A DNA stretch of 64,000 nt from Geosiphon pyriformis uo1 (Eukaryota > Fungi > Glomeromycota): contig JAAOMT010000231.1 in assembly GCA_016748015.1 (NCBI GenBank), forward strand, positions 2,968 to 66,967, given 5' to 3'. The notes under the pieces were generated by a model. That model had not been told where the DNA came from. It saw nothing but the letters and a program-made list of their open reading frames with translations, and ran no database searches. The position numbers and the translations under genes were made by a program. Shown piece after piece: positions 14,781 to 28,172 of the stretch. How positions within the stretch are numbered: position 1 is the first letter of the stretch; each line of letters begins with the position of its first letter.

Positions 14781-17700
14781 TAATCTCGACTATAAACATT
14801 TTCCAAATATAATTAGAAAATCCTTTTTATTGAGTTGGGAAATTAATTGCGGCTAAATTATTTTAACAGCTAATAAATAAATAGCAAACATGTTAACATT
14901 CACTGATACTTTTTTGTAAATGGTTTGAAATTTATCCAATTCAGTCAATATATTTTATATTGATTCATGTGTCACGCTTTATGAAAATAAATCACATATT
15001 TTTAGATCAATGACAATTGTGGATAATTGAGAAAAAAACACTTGAATTTTAGATAGTTCAAGCGATAAAGTTTATTTGAAACGGAAAAATCTCGAAATGA
15101 TTGTGTTTAAAATTTTCACATTCGTTCAAAACAAAAAAAATCTATATTTTAATTTAATTTATATTAAAGAGTATATGTTTAAGTACCAATCAAAAATTTT
15201 CATATACAGTTTATGGTATTTAATTTTCAAAACCTTGACTTGTGTGACCTACCTGCATATATTTTTATTCCCTGTTAAGCATCTCAAAACACAAAAGGTA
15301 AAATTCAGAAAAGTAGACTTTTTTAAGGTTATGCATAGAATCCCTGACATTTCAAAATCTTTTAAATTTATTATTATTATTATTATCAATATAGATTTTT
15401 TTAACATTGGAAACATTTTTTCCAAGTTTGAATCAGATTTATCTTCTTCTTCTTCTTCTTCTTCTTATTATGATACTGAAAGAATAGACTTTGCAGCAAA
15501 ATATAAAACAAACTTTATATTATTAATTGCAACTAAAACGTTAAGATTTTCAATTAAACCGAACATAATAATCTTACAAAAAAATTTTATTTATATATTT
15601 ATATAAAATAAAATTTGATTTGCCATTCATCTTATTTATAAAAATATTTTTGTTTTGTTGTTCAAGATTAATTATTAAAAGCTATTGACGCTGGTTTTTT
15701 TTGGTTACAATTTTAATAAAAATCTACATCTTTGATTACTTTATTCAGTCTAATGAATTTATTTATTTATTTATTTATTTTTATTTATTTGTGTGAACTA
15801 AAAAAAAAAATAGCCTCATAAATGTGTTTTTATGATTACCCAGTGTCCAAAATAATGGTACCCCAGTTTTAAAAAAGAATATTCAAGTAATCTTGCTTAC
15901 GCTATATTTTTTTAAACTTTAATTTGACGTGAAAATGAAATAATTTTTTTCAAGAGTTTCTTCATCAGAATTTACTGAATATGAAATTTAAGAAAAACTT
16001 CTTCGCAATCAATGTCACCAAAAAGAGAAAAATAGAGGTTAGAACTGTTAAAAAAACATGTCTTTTATTTAAATTTTTGTAACGTGGTCAACTATTGTAT
16101 TGTAAAAATTCGCTACAGCATCAGAATTTGATAATAATACAAATTATTCATCCGAATCTCCAAAATCTTGTGTCCTGTTAACTGAACAATATATTTATTA
16201 ATAAAAACGGGTAAATTAAATATTGCAAAAATTCTTTGCATAATTTTTCTAACGTTAATTGGAGATTCAAGAAAAGCTATATCGGCATATGTGTGCCGCG
16301 CTTTGGACGTTGGAGATTTAATCTTTACTGATATTGCTATATTTACTGGATGATTTTAAGAGTGAATCAAAAATGCTGAGAGAAAGATTTCCCGAGCGCA
16401 TTTTTTTTCTCTATCCATTACAGTCCTACAATTTCTGCCTTTTTATACCTCGGAACTTCCGATTCTATAGACTTTACCACCCCAGCTACGTATAAGCTTC
16501 ATTTCGAACAATGACACACATTTCAAAATTTTCTGCTTTGGCTACCAGATGTTGGCTAAATCAATAATAGAATGAATTCGGTTGACGAACAATCTTTGAT
16601 TCTATTTATTTATGTTTATTAATATCTAAACAATAAATAAAATTTAATAATTATTATTTCACTAATTTCGATGCAATATTTAAAACTCATACCTGTAAAC
16701 ACTGCAACATTTGTATCATAAGTAAGAGGGATGCAAAAGTTATTTTGGAATGTGGACTGGGAAGTTGACAGATATCCACAAGTGTCCAAAAGAAAATACC
16801 AGGTGCCGCTTGCCCTATTGCATAAAGTTCGCAATGTAAACCTCCATGTCTGTTTCGGCTACCCAATGTTCTTAAACTCTATGTTTTGACATCTTTTAAG
16901 ATTTCGAATAAAATCTCTGAGGCTTGTTTCAGTTTCATCGACGTCATACTTCCATAATACGAATATTTTGTCACGATTTTACGCCACCGACGATATTTTA
17001 TTGCTTCTGAATACCGTTATCCACTGAAATTATTATAAAGTATTAATTAGATAAAAAAAATTGTATTTATAACTAAATATAAAGAGGTTGATTTTATAAT
17101 ATTTGTGCTATATATATTTTGAAACATCTGGTTTTGATTCACTGTCTAAGGTTTAAGATTATGAACTGTAAAATATATTGGAATTATATTTTTATAAAAT
17201 TTTGAACTACAAGGACAAACATAACAATTTAAAAAAATACCCAAGTTATGACTTTGAATTTTAAACGTATGATTTTATATTAAGGCACTTAGTATTATAA
17301 ATAGAAATTTTGAGAATTATTATTTTGTAGAGTTTTTAATTGGGGTTCAAAATGGTAAGAAATTAAATATTTGATTAAAAAAATCAATAATTTATTTTCA
17401 AAATAGTCTGAAAGAATTCAACAAGGCCAAAAGTTTTTATGTCAAATGAAATAAAATTTTTGAACCATAAAATTTACAGTTTTAATTTTCAAAAAATTGA
17501 TAATTATAAGAAAATTTTGTTTAAAAAAAGCCTTTTTTTCAGAAAATGTCCAATTTCATTTGAAAAATATTGTTGTATTGAAAAGGTATAATACCTATGA
17601 GTCTGATTTTAATTTCTGTTTGTTTTTTACATTAATTATTTTTATTTTTTATTGTTTAAAAAATAATTTGTTTGGAGACCTTTTCTTTAAATTTATAGAA

Positions 17701-19284
17701 AAGCTTGATTTTTTGGTACATTTTTTAATTGATAATTTTCTTTTATCCCAAGTTATTGAAATTTTGGATCTCAAAGAGCCAGATTATTTTATACTGTTAC
17801 TTGATATAATGAAATTTGTCAAATAACTGATAAATCATGAATGATTTTTATATTAATTTCAAGTTTTGAGATAGATCTTACAAATTAGGATTGACTAGTT
17901 TCAATATCACTCATTTTATTGTAACATAGATTCAGATTTCAATGTTTCATGTTAAGAATAAGAACTATCATTCCCAGAATTGATTAAAAAACAAAGCAAT
18001 AAAACTAAATCTTTTTTGGGGTAAGTCTTGATTGCGATTAAGAGGCAGTATCCTCCTTGCAGAATGTATAGCAAAATACTATTTTCCCGGGATGATATCC
18101 TCACTAATTTTTTGCATATTTTATAGGGACAGAAAAATTATGTTACCAAAAAATTCCTGGAAAACCTCTACACAAAATAACAGGTCTAAGAAAAATAATG
18201 TCCCGAAAGAAGAATCGTTTCGAGGGTCAATTTGAAATGAAATTGAAGTCAATCGACTAGACTCTTTTGCGGAAATGTTTCAACATACTATTAAAGAAGC
18301 CTGGGAAGGGAAAAAGGGCTTCGTTCTAATTATGTGGATTTAGTTTATTTAAAAGAAGTTAGTCTTTACATAGTAATGTCTATTTTTTGAATAGATTTTA
18401 TCAACGTCCCATCCTCTTGCTTGAAGAAGGTCCCCTAAATTACGTTACTCGTGATCTTGTCCTAGAAGAAAAAGCAAAGCATCCCGAGTCAAAAACAGAT
18501 CCCTCCGCAAATCAGTGTCATTTTGCAAGACCTTAATTTATGGTAGATTATAATCTTAATTTGTATTATCAATTTATATTTATTTTATTGTTAATTAGGA
18601 AGAAGTCGTATCTTGGAATGCCTTTCATCAGTGGATGCAACGATCGTATATCCAATTAGCAGGCGAGATGGAAGATTTTCTATTTCATGCATCAGCCTTT
18701 TACACGTATTAGCCTTTATATAAGTTTTAAATTTCCAAATTTCAATTTTTTTTAATTTTATCGATTAAATATTAAACTCTTTTTAATTACAGAACCTCGA
18801 TAGAAATTTAAATTAATATAATATTGGGGTGAAGAAATTACTTTACTATCAGAAAATAGTAGTTGTTAAATATTTTGAAGTTCAAAACCCAAAATTGTTG
18901 TGTGTATCAAATTTTCGTATTTTTGGGCGTATCCATACTGTTATAATGTACTTTTTAAAAGGTATTTATAATTATTCAATTAAATATTGACAGAAGGTTC
19001 AGAAATTTTCTTATTTTCTAATCATCAAAAAATGTATGATAAAAGCGTTTGAAACAGAAACTGAAACATAATAAATTTAGTATTTTAATCATTTGAAATT
19101 TCAAAAAAAATAATCATTCATTAATACTTCATACGGATAAAAAATTAGAAATTATGTTATTAATATTAAATTTTTCAAAATTCGTTTTATTTATAAAAAA
19201 GTATGATCATAAGTTTTGAAAAGCATATTAATTCTAATTACTGTAATTTTCCACAAACCACCTGGAGTCTGTTCTTTTAAATCT

Positions 19285-19470
19285 TTTGAAGTATTGAGTA
19301 AGACCCAAGAGAGTTTTCTGTGTAAAACTGGTGGTTCTCTCCGACGATGAAATCTCCAATCAGCATAAACTTTCCCTGGCATTCTTGCAGAATGTAAGGA
19401 TGGCGAGTAGCTAAATTCAGAAGAGAGCACCAGAACAAGCAAAAAGTGAAAGACGAAAATCAGGACAACG
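19285..19470 (+). pseudogene. IS607-family serine recombinase (TnpA) fragments
   Basis: VLSKTQE (19291-19311, compare catalytic RVSSxxQ with TCG>TTG); CVKLVVLSDDEIS (19319-19357, compare GVKIVVL); ISINFPWHSCRM*GWRVAKFRRE (19359-19427, compare LLSIIxVFSCRxYGRRxxK). Internal deletions and frameshifts lie between the motifs. Confidence 0.55.
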
Positions 19471-19546
19471 GCAAAATGCAAAAAGCTACGACACCCGATA
19501 GAAATTTCGACCGCACGTTGCTGCTGAAGGCGTATCTCTAACACCC

Positions 19547-20338
19547 TTGAAGACTGGCGATATTAACCTTGAATACCGTAATGCAGTGGAACAAAAGGTA
19601 TTCTATTGTGTTAAAGAAACAAAATGGCATTGTGGAAAAAAATGGCTGAAGCCTATGATGTTTCAACAAAGACGTCTTCTTATTGATGATTTTTTCGGCT
19701 ATTTGGGGCGAATGAAATTTTTTAGAGCAATCGTACATATCGCACGCTATTAAAAAGTTGCTTAGGTTCTGTCCTGCTAATATAACTGATGTGAAGCCAT
19801 TTATCAAGCGCTAAAGTACGAGACGGAATAGTACAGTGACAAGATATGCCAGCGCAACCTCTTTCTTTCCTAGGTCATTGAATCTCATTTGCGATCGCGC
19901 TCAAAATTTTCAGTATCGTAGAATCGTTTTGATGTCTCATATCTTAATGCATGCATATCCATATTGATCCAAGGTAAATATTTTAGTTTTCAGAAAAAAG
20001 ATAATTTCTAGGACATTTTTCAATTTTTTTTATATCCGCACAAAATTACATATTCTCGAATTGATGTCTTTTTGGGTCTATGAGACAAAAAGACAAGTCC
20101 GCGAACATGCAGTCTCTGTTGATCCTGGAATTCACACACCCTTCCCTCTCTAGATGCGTGTCCGTAAAGTGAAATCCACAGAAAACGAGAAAATTATGCA
20201 AAAGCTCCGAAAAATGCTCTGCTGGGCATCTTACCGTTCCCGTCAATCTCTGATCTCCAAGGCCGAGGAGTCAGGACCGTGAAAAACGAGAAATTTAAGT
20301 ATTTGCCGTCAGCTTTGCTCGCTTATTCCTCGACCTAA
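19547..20338 (+). pseudogene. TnpB/Fanzor2-like RNA-guided nuclease relic
   Basis: In order: KWHCGKKWLKP..QQRRLLIDDFFG (19622-19699, N-terminal KIxLxP..Q..L..xFG motif); CPANI..EAIYQALK (19770-19816); HLRSR (19886-19900, compare FRSRK); VSVDPGIHTPF (20112-20144, RuvC-I DPG); GWASYRSRQSLISKAEESG (20220-20276, compare WxHYRFRQxLxxKA); possible DR(D) remnant at 20275-20283. Stops, frameshifts and large deletions are present. Confidence 0.7.
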
Positions 20339-20387
20339 TAAAATTTCACACAAAGATGCCTAGTTAAGCGAGAATTTATAAGCTTGA
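20309..20387 (+). ncRNA. Candidate omegaRNA scaffold remnant at the 3' end of the Fanzor2/TnpB relic
   Basis: CTCGCTTA (20318-20325) is the exact reverse complement of TAAGCGAG (20365-20372). It is flanked by TCAGCTT (20309-20315) pairing with AAGCTTGA (20380-20387, one bulge). The stem overlaps the ORF end, where TnpB/Fanzor guide RNAs are encoded. Confidence 0.3.
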
Positions 20388-21402
20388 GATCAAAAACGAA
20401 ACCGAATCAAATATTATTTTAGTGTGGTTTTGCGTGACTTAAGTTCTATAAAAGATACTTCTAATCGCAAATTTCTCCTGTTAAACATGAAAATATTTAA
20501 GAGCCATTAAATTCATTGATAATTTGAGCTGTTGATATGTTTCTCCATATAGTATTGGTTCCATATGAATTATTGAATATACCACCTTTTCGAACGAAAA
20601 TGACAGAATGATAATAAATTTATAAAATTACATTCAGTTCTTTGGGGTGAGGTTCGGTTGAAATAGGAAGGTGAGAAACTTCAGGTATCTCAATTGACTC
20701 CGCTTTTAGCTGCAATTAATAATGCGAATCCAGCAACATCTGAAAGTGTCGTTTGTATAGTTTTAGATTAAATCTGGGAGAACTGACCTTAATTTTATTA
20801 AATCTGGTTTCTGATTTATATGACAACATTCCTTAAATAAATCAAGCGTGGAATGCGTCATAAAAAAACCAAACTGTTCAGGATTATATATACTTTTTTA
20901 AATATAGTTTACTCAAGGGGACAAACTCATTATCCCAGTCAGATTTCTATTGAATGTAATAATCGGAACCCATCAAACCTTAGAGGCACGCATAAAAAGA
21001 TGAAAGATAATATTATGACTAAAATAAATTGATTTGTTGAACAGGTTGTTTGTTATCGTACAATGGTCGTATGGGTATAGATAAATGTAACATGATTTAC
21101 ACAATATGTTCATTAGATTTGGGAAAATTAAGATAGCAAATGTTTGAAAGAGCAGGTATGATATTCTGATTTGCCAGATTTTCATTACGCTGCAAATAAT
21201 TAACTTCGTTATTTCTTCAAATAAGCAGTGACTTTTTGGATGTCACGAAAACGCGCGTCATGCAGAGTAAAGAAAAGTTGTGGCTGAAACTCGATACCGA
21301 TACGTGTTCCTTCTGTTTCTATCGCTTTTCATTTCCAAATAGTTTTGATAGTGGCAAAAGAATACCCATTAGTGGTTGCATTAATGCCCAACTAACCTTC
21401 TA

Positions 21403-24400
21403 TCACGCAGTCAATTGCTTTTCACCTTCAGATAGCCTTAAACCGTCGACAAGATTTACATGTGAGGTGGATACTGGTGCGGGATCTGAAAGGTCTTTAT
21501 TCTCAATTTTTTTCTCCTCAATGAGATTAGATGGAATTATTAGAGAGTCACCATTGACAGAATTTTCCTCATTAGATGGTGCAACTGAAGAGTTTAATTG
21601 TGTGCTAGTTAAGGGGACAACATTTGCCCCTCTGTTTTTTGCCTCGATAGTAATACTTGCCGCAGCATTTGTGGCAGGAGATTCTGGGGCTACTGACGTT
21701 TGCATCGTTGTATTGATTTCATTTGAATATGTAACCGAAGATGGTATATTCGAATCCATATTGATGGATAATTGTCCGTTATTTTCATTTTCAACGCTTT
21801 GCTCTGCTACCTTTTGTTTATCTTCACGATCAAGAACGTTGTTACGATTATTAGAAGATCCATTCAACGTACTGGATTGCCTAGAATTATCATTCGATAT
21901 ATCAGACCGCGCAGAAAAATCATTTGATTCACTAGATTGCAGAGAAGAATCATTTGAGGTACTGGCTTGTATTGGAATTTCTGGTCGAGATTCAGTACTC
22001 TCCGATTTTATTTCAGTATTTAATTTAACAGAGTCCTCTTTGGTAATTTTTTCAGGCGTTTCAGCTGGCTCTTGTGATTCTATCTTATCTTTCATTAACT
22101 TCCATGATTCGCTACCAACAATTATAGGAATTACATCATCATCTGAGGTCTGATCAGTTTCGATGGTCACTATTGAGGGAAATGATTTGCTAGCGTCATT
22201 CAAGTTGGGTGAAGGCGGGGAATTCGATAAGATCAATGAAATCTCCTTATTTTCGTCTATTTCCATATCAATCTCCATGGAATCACTACGCCCAATAAAC
22301 GCAATTGGAATATCACCCATAATTGGGCTAGACCCAGCACTTGCATTTTCTAATTCCCCGGGTTCATCAATTGCCATATCCATAGTTCCTTCCTCTTGCT
22401 GATTAAATCCTTTAGAATTATGCTCTTTTTCTTCTTTTTTAGAAGCCAATCCGTTTCCAGTCTTTTCGAGCAATAGTTTTTTAGAGGTGGGTTTTAGCGG
22501 GGATCTCTCTTCAGGGGGTAATAAAGTGTTTACAAATCCTTTTACATCCGCGTCGGAATCTTGGGCCAAAAGTTTTATCAGTTCGACGAGGACTTTAGGC
22601 CGATTTGCCGAATTCGGATATGCTTTTTCTTTTAAAAATACATTATAGAAATTTGCGGTACAATCATAAAGCTGCTCATTATTCTTAAATGACGGTCTAA
22701 GAAAAAAATATATATTACCCGATCGGCAGAGTTCACCGACTAATCGCCCAACTGCAATCCTCACATTCACAACACGATCAGAAGCGAGAGGTTCTAATCT
22801 TGGTAGGAGTTCCGCTTCAAGGTCAGTTTTTGAAATGCTATTATTTGACATAAGACCATTACAAATTTGGGCGTAGCTAAGATTTTGAAACAGAAATAGG
22901 ATTAGGATAAATAATCTGCTTTAATTTTTCGAAGGGGTGAATAAAGAGGTGAAAGTATCACTAGCTACTCACACAACTCTACCACGAAAGCCAGCATCAG
23001 AGGAAAATTTTTTGACATGATTTATTAGCTCTTTGTAGGATGATTCTTCATTCCTTACAACATCAAACAAATCCGGGAACTAGGTAAACAAAAATATTTA
23101 GTAACGTTAGAGAATACCATATTCACTTCCATACTTACACTTCGGACAGCAGTCTGTCTAACACTGGCAACCTCATCTCTAGCAGCCCGAATCGTCAAAG
23201 GTAATATATGATTTATAACATTTTGGCCGTCAAAAAGTCGACATAATGCTGGTATTTGCCTGAAAAAGGCGTCATCGAAAAGTTTATAAAGGTAAAATAA
23301 AAATCAAGAATATTTTGAATAATTTCAAGTAATTACTTCGCAATTTCATCTCGCAGCCGCCATTGATGCTTGACCCCATCCCACACATCGTTTAATTTAG
23401 GTAAATATTCATTACGCGTATTTTGTGGCAAACATTCAATAAAAGCTGCAAGATGCTCCATTAAGCCCGATCGGACCTCGTCAATGTCCACAAGGTAAAA
23501 TGCGAATACGCTTAGCAAGTCTTGTTCAGTTTTCTGAGGGCCGACAACTTTTGCGATTTCATGAAGGGAACATGCCAAGGAGCGCCGAACTTTAATCTTG
23601 TGAACATAAAACAGATGATGATTAAATTCTCTTGGGAGTTTAAATTATATGCATATTGTCTATCTAATTGGAGTCCAAAATTTAATGTTAAATGGATTAT
23701 TATATAGAAGTAAATTGCGCCCGAAGAATATAAGTGTGCATAATTTCATGAGGGAGAACAAATATATGCGAAATAAAGGTGTAATAAAAAGAGATTTAGA
23801 CTATTCTAACCTGGATGTCCCGTGTTAATGAGGCATATGTTTCTTTCAAATCGTCCCAACGAATGGCTCCCAATGTTAGGACAATAGCTATGAAGAGTGA
23901 TTCTATATGAATAGAAGCAATATTCGACAATAAGAATTTTTTTTATTTATACTTACCAGGAAAATTGTAGGCACAAATAACTTGCCGTTCTGGGTCTTTT
24001 TGACTCAATCCTCCATATGTGTTGGCGGAATGATCTCTTCCAGGTCCCAAACTGAGAAAATGCTGTACCAATTTCTCAGGTACATCACCCTCCGGTTGAA
24101 AAGTGGCGATCAATTCTCCAATGATTTCACCAGCAGCTGAACGTACACTTCGGCTCACATCACCAGCAAATAAATCAATACCTTTCGTTGCCCGGTCAGC
24201 TTTCATTTCCGGAGACAAACGAGAACATATTGTTGGGAGCACTATACAGCAAGATCGTCGCACGTGCCAAATTGGATCGGTAGAGAAATGGTCATATATG
24301 GGCAACTTTATCATTTAGTTTATAAAAAACGAACATATGTATTAATTTTCAAAAGTGCGCTTCAACTGCAATAGTAATCCTGGTTGCTCACCAATTTAGA

Positions 24401-26306
24401 CGTAATTATATCAAGCGGTACCACACGAGCCAAACCGCCAACAGCCATGGCTGCTTCCTAGAATGAAAATCAAGTTGACTTAAGGTTTTATCATAAATTA
24501 GAAATTAATGGGATTTCAAGTATACACACCTTGCGTACATAAAAAACAGGCTCATCAGCCAGCTTATCTAGTTCAGGAATAAATAAACGGGTTGACCTTT
24601 CGGGGCCAACAATTGAGGCTAATGAAGATATCAGCTGAAAACAAGAAAGTATCGAAATTTAATTAAGAGCAACAAAGGTTCAATTATAAGTTAGTGGGTT
24701 CCAGAAATATACAAAATTTTTGATCAACTTACCGACATCATTGTCATTCGTCCCAATTCTGCTTCTTCCTCGCTACCCGCGACACCCCCAATACTTTGTT
24801 CATCATTATCATTGTCCCATTCACCCATTTCTTCACGTTTCGCTCTTTCTTGATCCAAACGACCAATTCCTAAGACTACTCCTTCCAAAGTTTCCCTTTC
24901 AAGATATTCTTTCTCAATAGCGGATACTTCAGTATCCTCCAAAATTTTCTCGACAAGGGAAAGAACTACATTTTGTGCTGCCGTTGCAATACCAGTATTT
25001 TGATCAAGAAGAAGAGCGTGAAGAAGGGGTGTGAATGCTTGTGGAGATAGAGCAGGTATTTGTGATGATGGAGTCTGTGATCTCGGTGGTAACAAAGAGG
25101 ATTCAGGTTTTGGATTCTGCGGTGTTTGCGGTCGTTGGGATGTCTGAGGTCTTTCACGAGGTGTCGATGGCCTTTGAGGTGTATGAGGACGTGGTGGGAT
25201 CGCAATCGAGTTGTCTGCGGTGGGTTCTTTAATAGGGCAATGCTATGTGCCACCGACGTAAATATCCACGGGTTTTAGACCATATTCATAATTAATGCAT
25301 GTCAATTTGTCATGCACAATCTCTTACATGATACGTACAGAATAGTAGAACCAGATAATTTTGTCCAATTCAGGGGCGAATGCCTCTCTTACAGCGTCAT
25401 CTATAAATAATTGTTGAGTAAATATACGGTGATAGAGAGATTGTATGGTCTCATAAAGAGTAAAGACATAAATATCAAACGTACCTGGATCAGTTCCCAA
25501 AGAATTCATTAGTGGTAGTACATATTCAACTGCATCACTTACTTCAACATCTTTTATTAACATGGGAAGTTCTCTCGCAATAAACACTCTCGTTAAGAAA
25601 ATAAATTTATATTTCAATATCAGGGTTAATATGAATCGTGTTGAAAAAGCTTGAAATCAAAGGTGTTATAAATGCATACCTATGAAATATTTCTTCACTT
25701 TTTGCAGATAAAAAAATCCTTTCCAAGGGGGACAAAGAATCGTCTATAAGATCATCCTCTTCCATGTCGTCGTTAGGAACCTCTAAATAAAATGACTTTT
25801 GGTAAGAAATTAAATAACGAGTTGATCGATTTTCGTCGAGAAAGAGGCAAGTTAAAACTAGCGGTATGATTATGACCACACAACATCACGATATTTTGCA
25901 GTTGGGCGTAAATCTGTGGGTCTAATATAATTATTTTTAAGGCTGCGCCCAATTAATAAGATTGGTTGAACACGGGCGTCCACTTGCCCATCTCACATAC
26001 CCGAAAACTCCCCGTAACTAAAAATTAGTGGACTTTGGAAGACAAGTTCACATACCCGACGGATTTTCGGCCATCACAGCTAATAAGTCTTCATCTTGTT
26101 CGTTGTTATCATAAAGTTCGTCTTCCCTTTCCAGAGGGGTCTGTTCTTGAAAAACAGCGTCTGAAAAGTGATGATGAGAAGCCAGAGTCAAGATGCACAA
26201 AATCAGAAGGTTCAGCCTCAGATTTTACAAAGGCTTAAAACCTTGGCGCACTTGAACTGAAAAGAAGTCGAAAAATGCCTAGAATAAAGAAAAACCTACC
26301 TGACAT
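21403..26306 (-). CDS. Serine/threonine-protein phosphatase 4 regulatory subunit 1-like HEAT-repeat protein
   Basis: Multi-exon. ATG TCA G|gtagg first exon; LIDDSLSPLERIFL, VFIARELP, HEAT repeats DPIWHVRRSC, DVSRSVRSAAGE, VRRSLACSLHEIAKVVG, WRLRDEIAK, LASDRVVNVRIAVGR, LAQDSDADV; long acidic/Ser-rich C-terminal tail. Confidence 0.8.
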
Positions 26307-26763
26307 GACACGTGAAAGAAAAAGGAGGATTTCTTAAGATGGGTGAAATTATAACGGTCTTATTCGTTATCCTCGGGGAAAGCCAGAATACCCAAGTTTG
26401 CAAATCGATGCGGTGTGATGCAAACAATTGTGGCTACCAGTAAGGAGCTTGTCAAGGTCAAATAGATTCAATTACAATTTTATTACGTTGTAACTATACT
26501 TATTCAGGACGGGCTCATGTTTTCGATTTCCCGGAATTTGTATTTATCAGTTTATCATATCATGGTTAGATAATGCCCAATTCAATATGCAGGGTAAAGT
26601 TGACGCACATATTGAATGTACCCAATTTTAACATTCAAGTTTCACCATCTGAAATATTAAGTGCGATAAATAACGCCATAATTAAACTAGTTTTGACATT
26701 GAATTGCAATAAATATTTCATCGAAAAAAGATTAGGGAGTCAAAAAGTTTTTTGACAAAATAT

Positions 26764-28061
26764 TTATTTTGTTCTTGTAGATGGTTTTTGTAGGTGTATC
26801 TCTTGTTTGATTTTTTCCTCCTTTGCACTGACTATCCCCAAACTTATACCCCATTCATTTTTCTGTTTGCGCATCGCACTTCTGATACGCCAAGCTAATC
26901 CACCTAAACCTCCAAATCCATGATATAAAACTGCTCGGCGACTTGGTGCTGGAACGATGTTTTCCACATAATGCTCAGAAATCAAACCAACAACGTCAAA
27001 TTTGTAACAAAAAACTCCTGAAAAACTTGATCTTGAAATACGGGTGCTTCTTTCAGACAGCATTGAGAGAATATATGATGAGCGTGGTATTCCTTCTACC
27101 CTCCAACGAACATAAAGTCGTGTGTCTCTATCAGATGGAGAAATATTTTTGACCTGATAATTTGCTGCCCATGATAGCTTTTTTTCCTCATCTCCAACTA
27201 TATGCGAATTTTTTTTGATATAATTCCCAAAGTCCTGTTCTAAGTTTTCACTTCGCACTGTAGGATTGTGGTAGTAAATATGAGTGCCTTCTTGAGGTTC
27301 ATTGTAGCCATTTTCATCTTCTCCCAAAGATGCATCAAATACACGTATCTTGACAATTTCAAAAAGTAACTCGTCGAAATACCAAATTAAACTCCATCTT
27401 AATAAATTGGCAATGGCGAGGTATAGCGGTTTACCTTTGACATAAAGACGGGTGTGATGTGGGTCTGACAACAATATATGCTGAGAATATATTGAAGTGT
27501 CCGTCAAGCCATTTTCAAAGAATCTCGGAAGGTCCGAGCGTATGGCATGAATCGCTGTTCCCCAATTAGAAAATTAAAAAGAGTCAATCAAGATCGCCCC
27601 AATAAAATTGAGCTATTGCAAAGCCAGGACTTCGGTCTAAAAGTTTTGATCTTTTAAATTTCCAATTATAATTACGAGAACATCTTTCAATTTTAAAACA
27701 CACCTCTGCCGACATTTAAAGTGTAGTCGTCGGCCCCTTTTTGACCCTCTAGAGGATTTTCTAATTTGGTTGAAAGCGGCGGAGTTGCCCTCGCAAATAG
27801 TGAAGTAGGCTCACTGCAAGTATCATTCAAGGGAACGTGTCTTGATTGAAACAAATGGCGCTTTATTGTAATTTCTTTAACTCCCGTTTTTGAGGTCGCT
27901 AATTCAAAGTCTCTTGAAGTTGAAAACATGCGAGAAGAGCTTTCTGCTCGTAAAGACTCCCTATAAAATGAGTGGTATAAAAAGCTCTTTGGGAAATGAG
28001 ATCTAAAGTAGGGGGATGAGAGGGGTAAAAGAGGACAAGAAAATACAAGTCTAAAATTCAT
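26764..28061 (-). CDS. C6orf136-like / DUF2358-type protein, probable mitochondrial presequence
   Basis: Two exons: DYTLNVGR|AIHAIRSDLPRFF..TDTSIYSQHILLSDP..KGKPLY; LYVRWRVEG; FSGVFCYKFD..GLISEHYVENIVPAPS. The N-terminus is Arg/Ser-rich and poor in acidic residues. Confidence 0.7.
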
Positions 28062-28172
28062 TTTTCATTTGGGAAGGACAAAGAAATGAAATGGTTTTTC
28101 CATTGCCAGATTCTAAAATATATCAAGATGACTAATTTTGGCATTATCAGTTATCAATTATCTTCAAATTAT

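Larger units (their letters stand above)
19250..20390 (+). mobile_element. Degenerate IS607-like element (serine-recombinase TnpA + TnpB/Fanzor2 relic); ends not defined
   Basis: Colinear TnpA-like and then TnpB-like motif fragments on one strand, followed by a 3' inverted-repeat stem (see the next three features). Confidence 0.65.

Noticed and set aside
15076-15606. 176-aa ORF with poly-Ile and poly-Ser
   Set aside because: TTG start, very AT-rich, built on (ATT)n and (TCT)n microsatellites; no protein-like motifs.
19191-20246. Minus-strand ORFs 19191-19544, 19538-19807 and 20046-20246
   Set aside because: No recognisable motifs; the informative TnpA/TnpB-like motifs are on the + strand.
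21236-22153. 305-aa + strand ORF
   Set aside because: Antisense shadow of the low-complexity last exon of the PP4R1-like gene.
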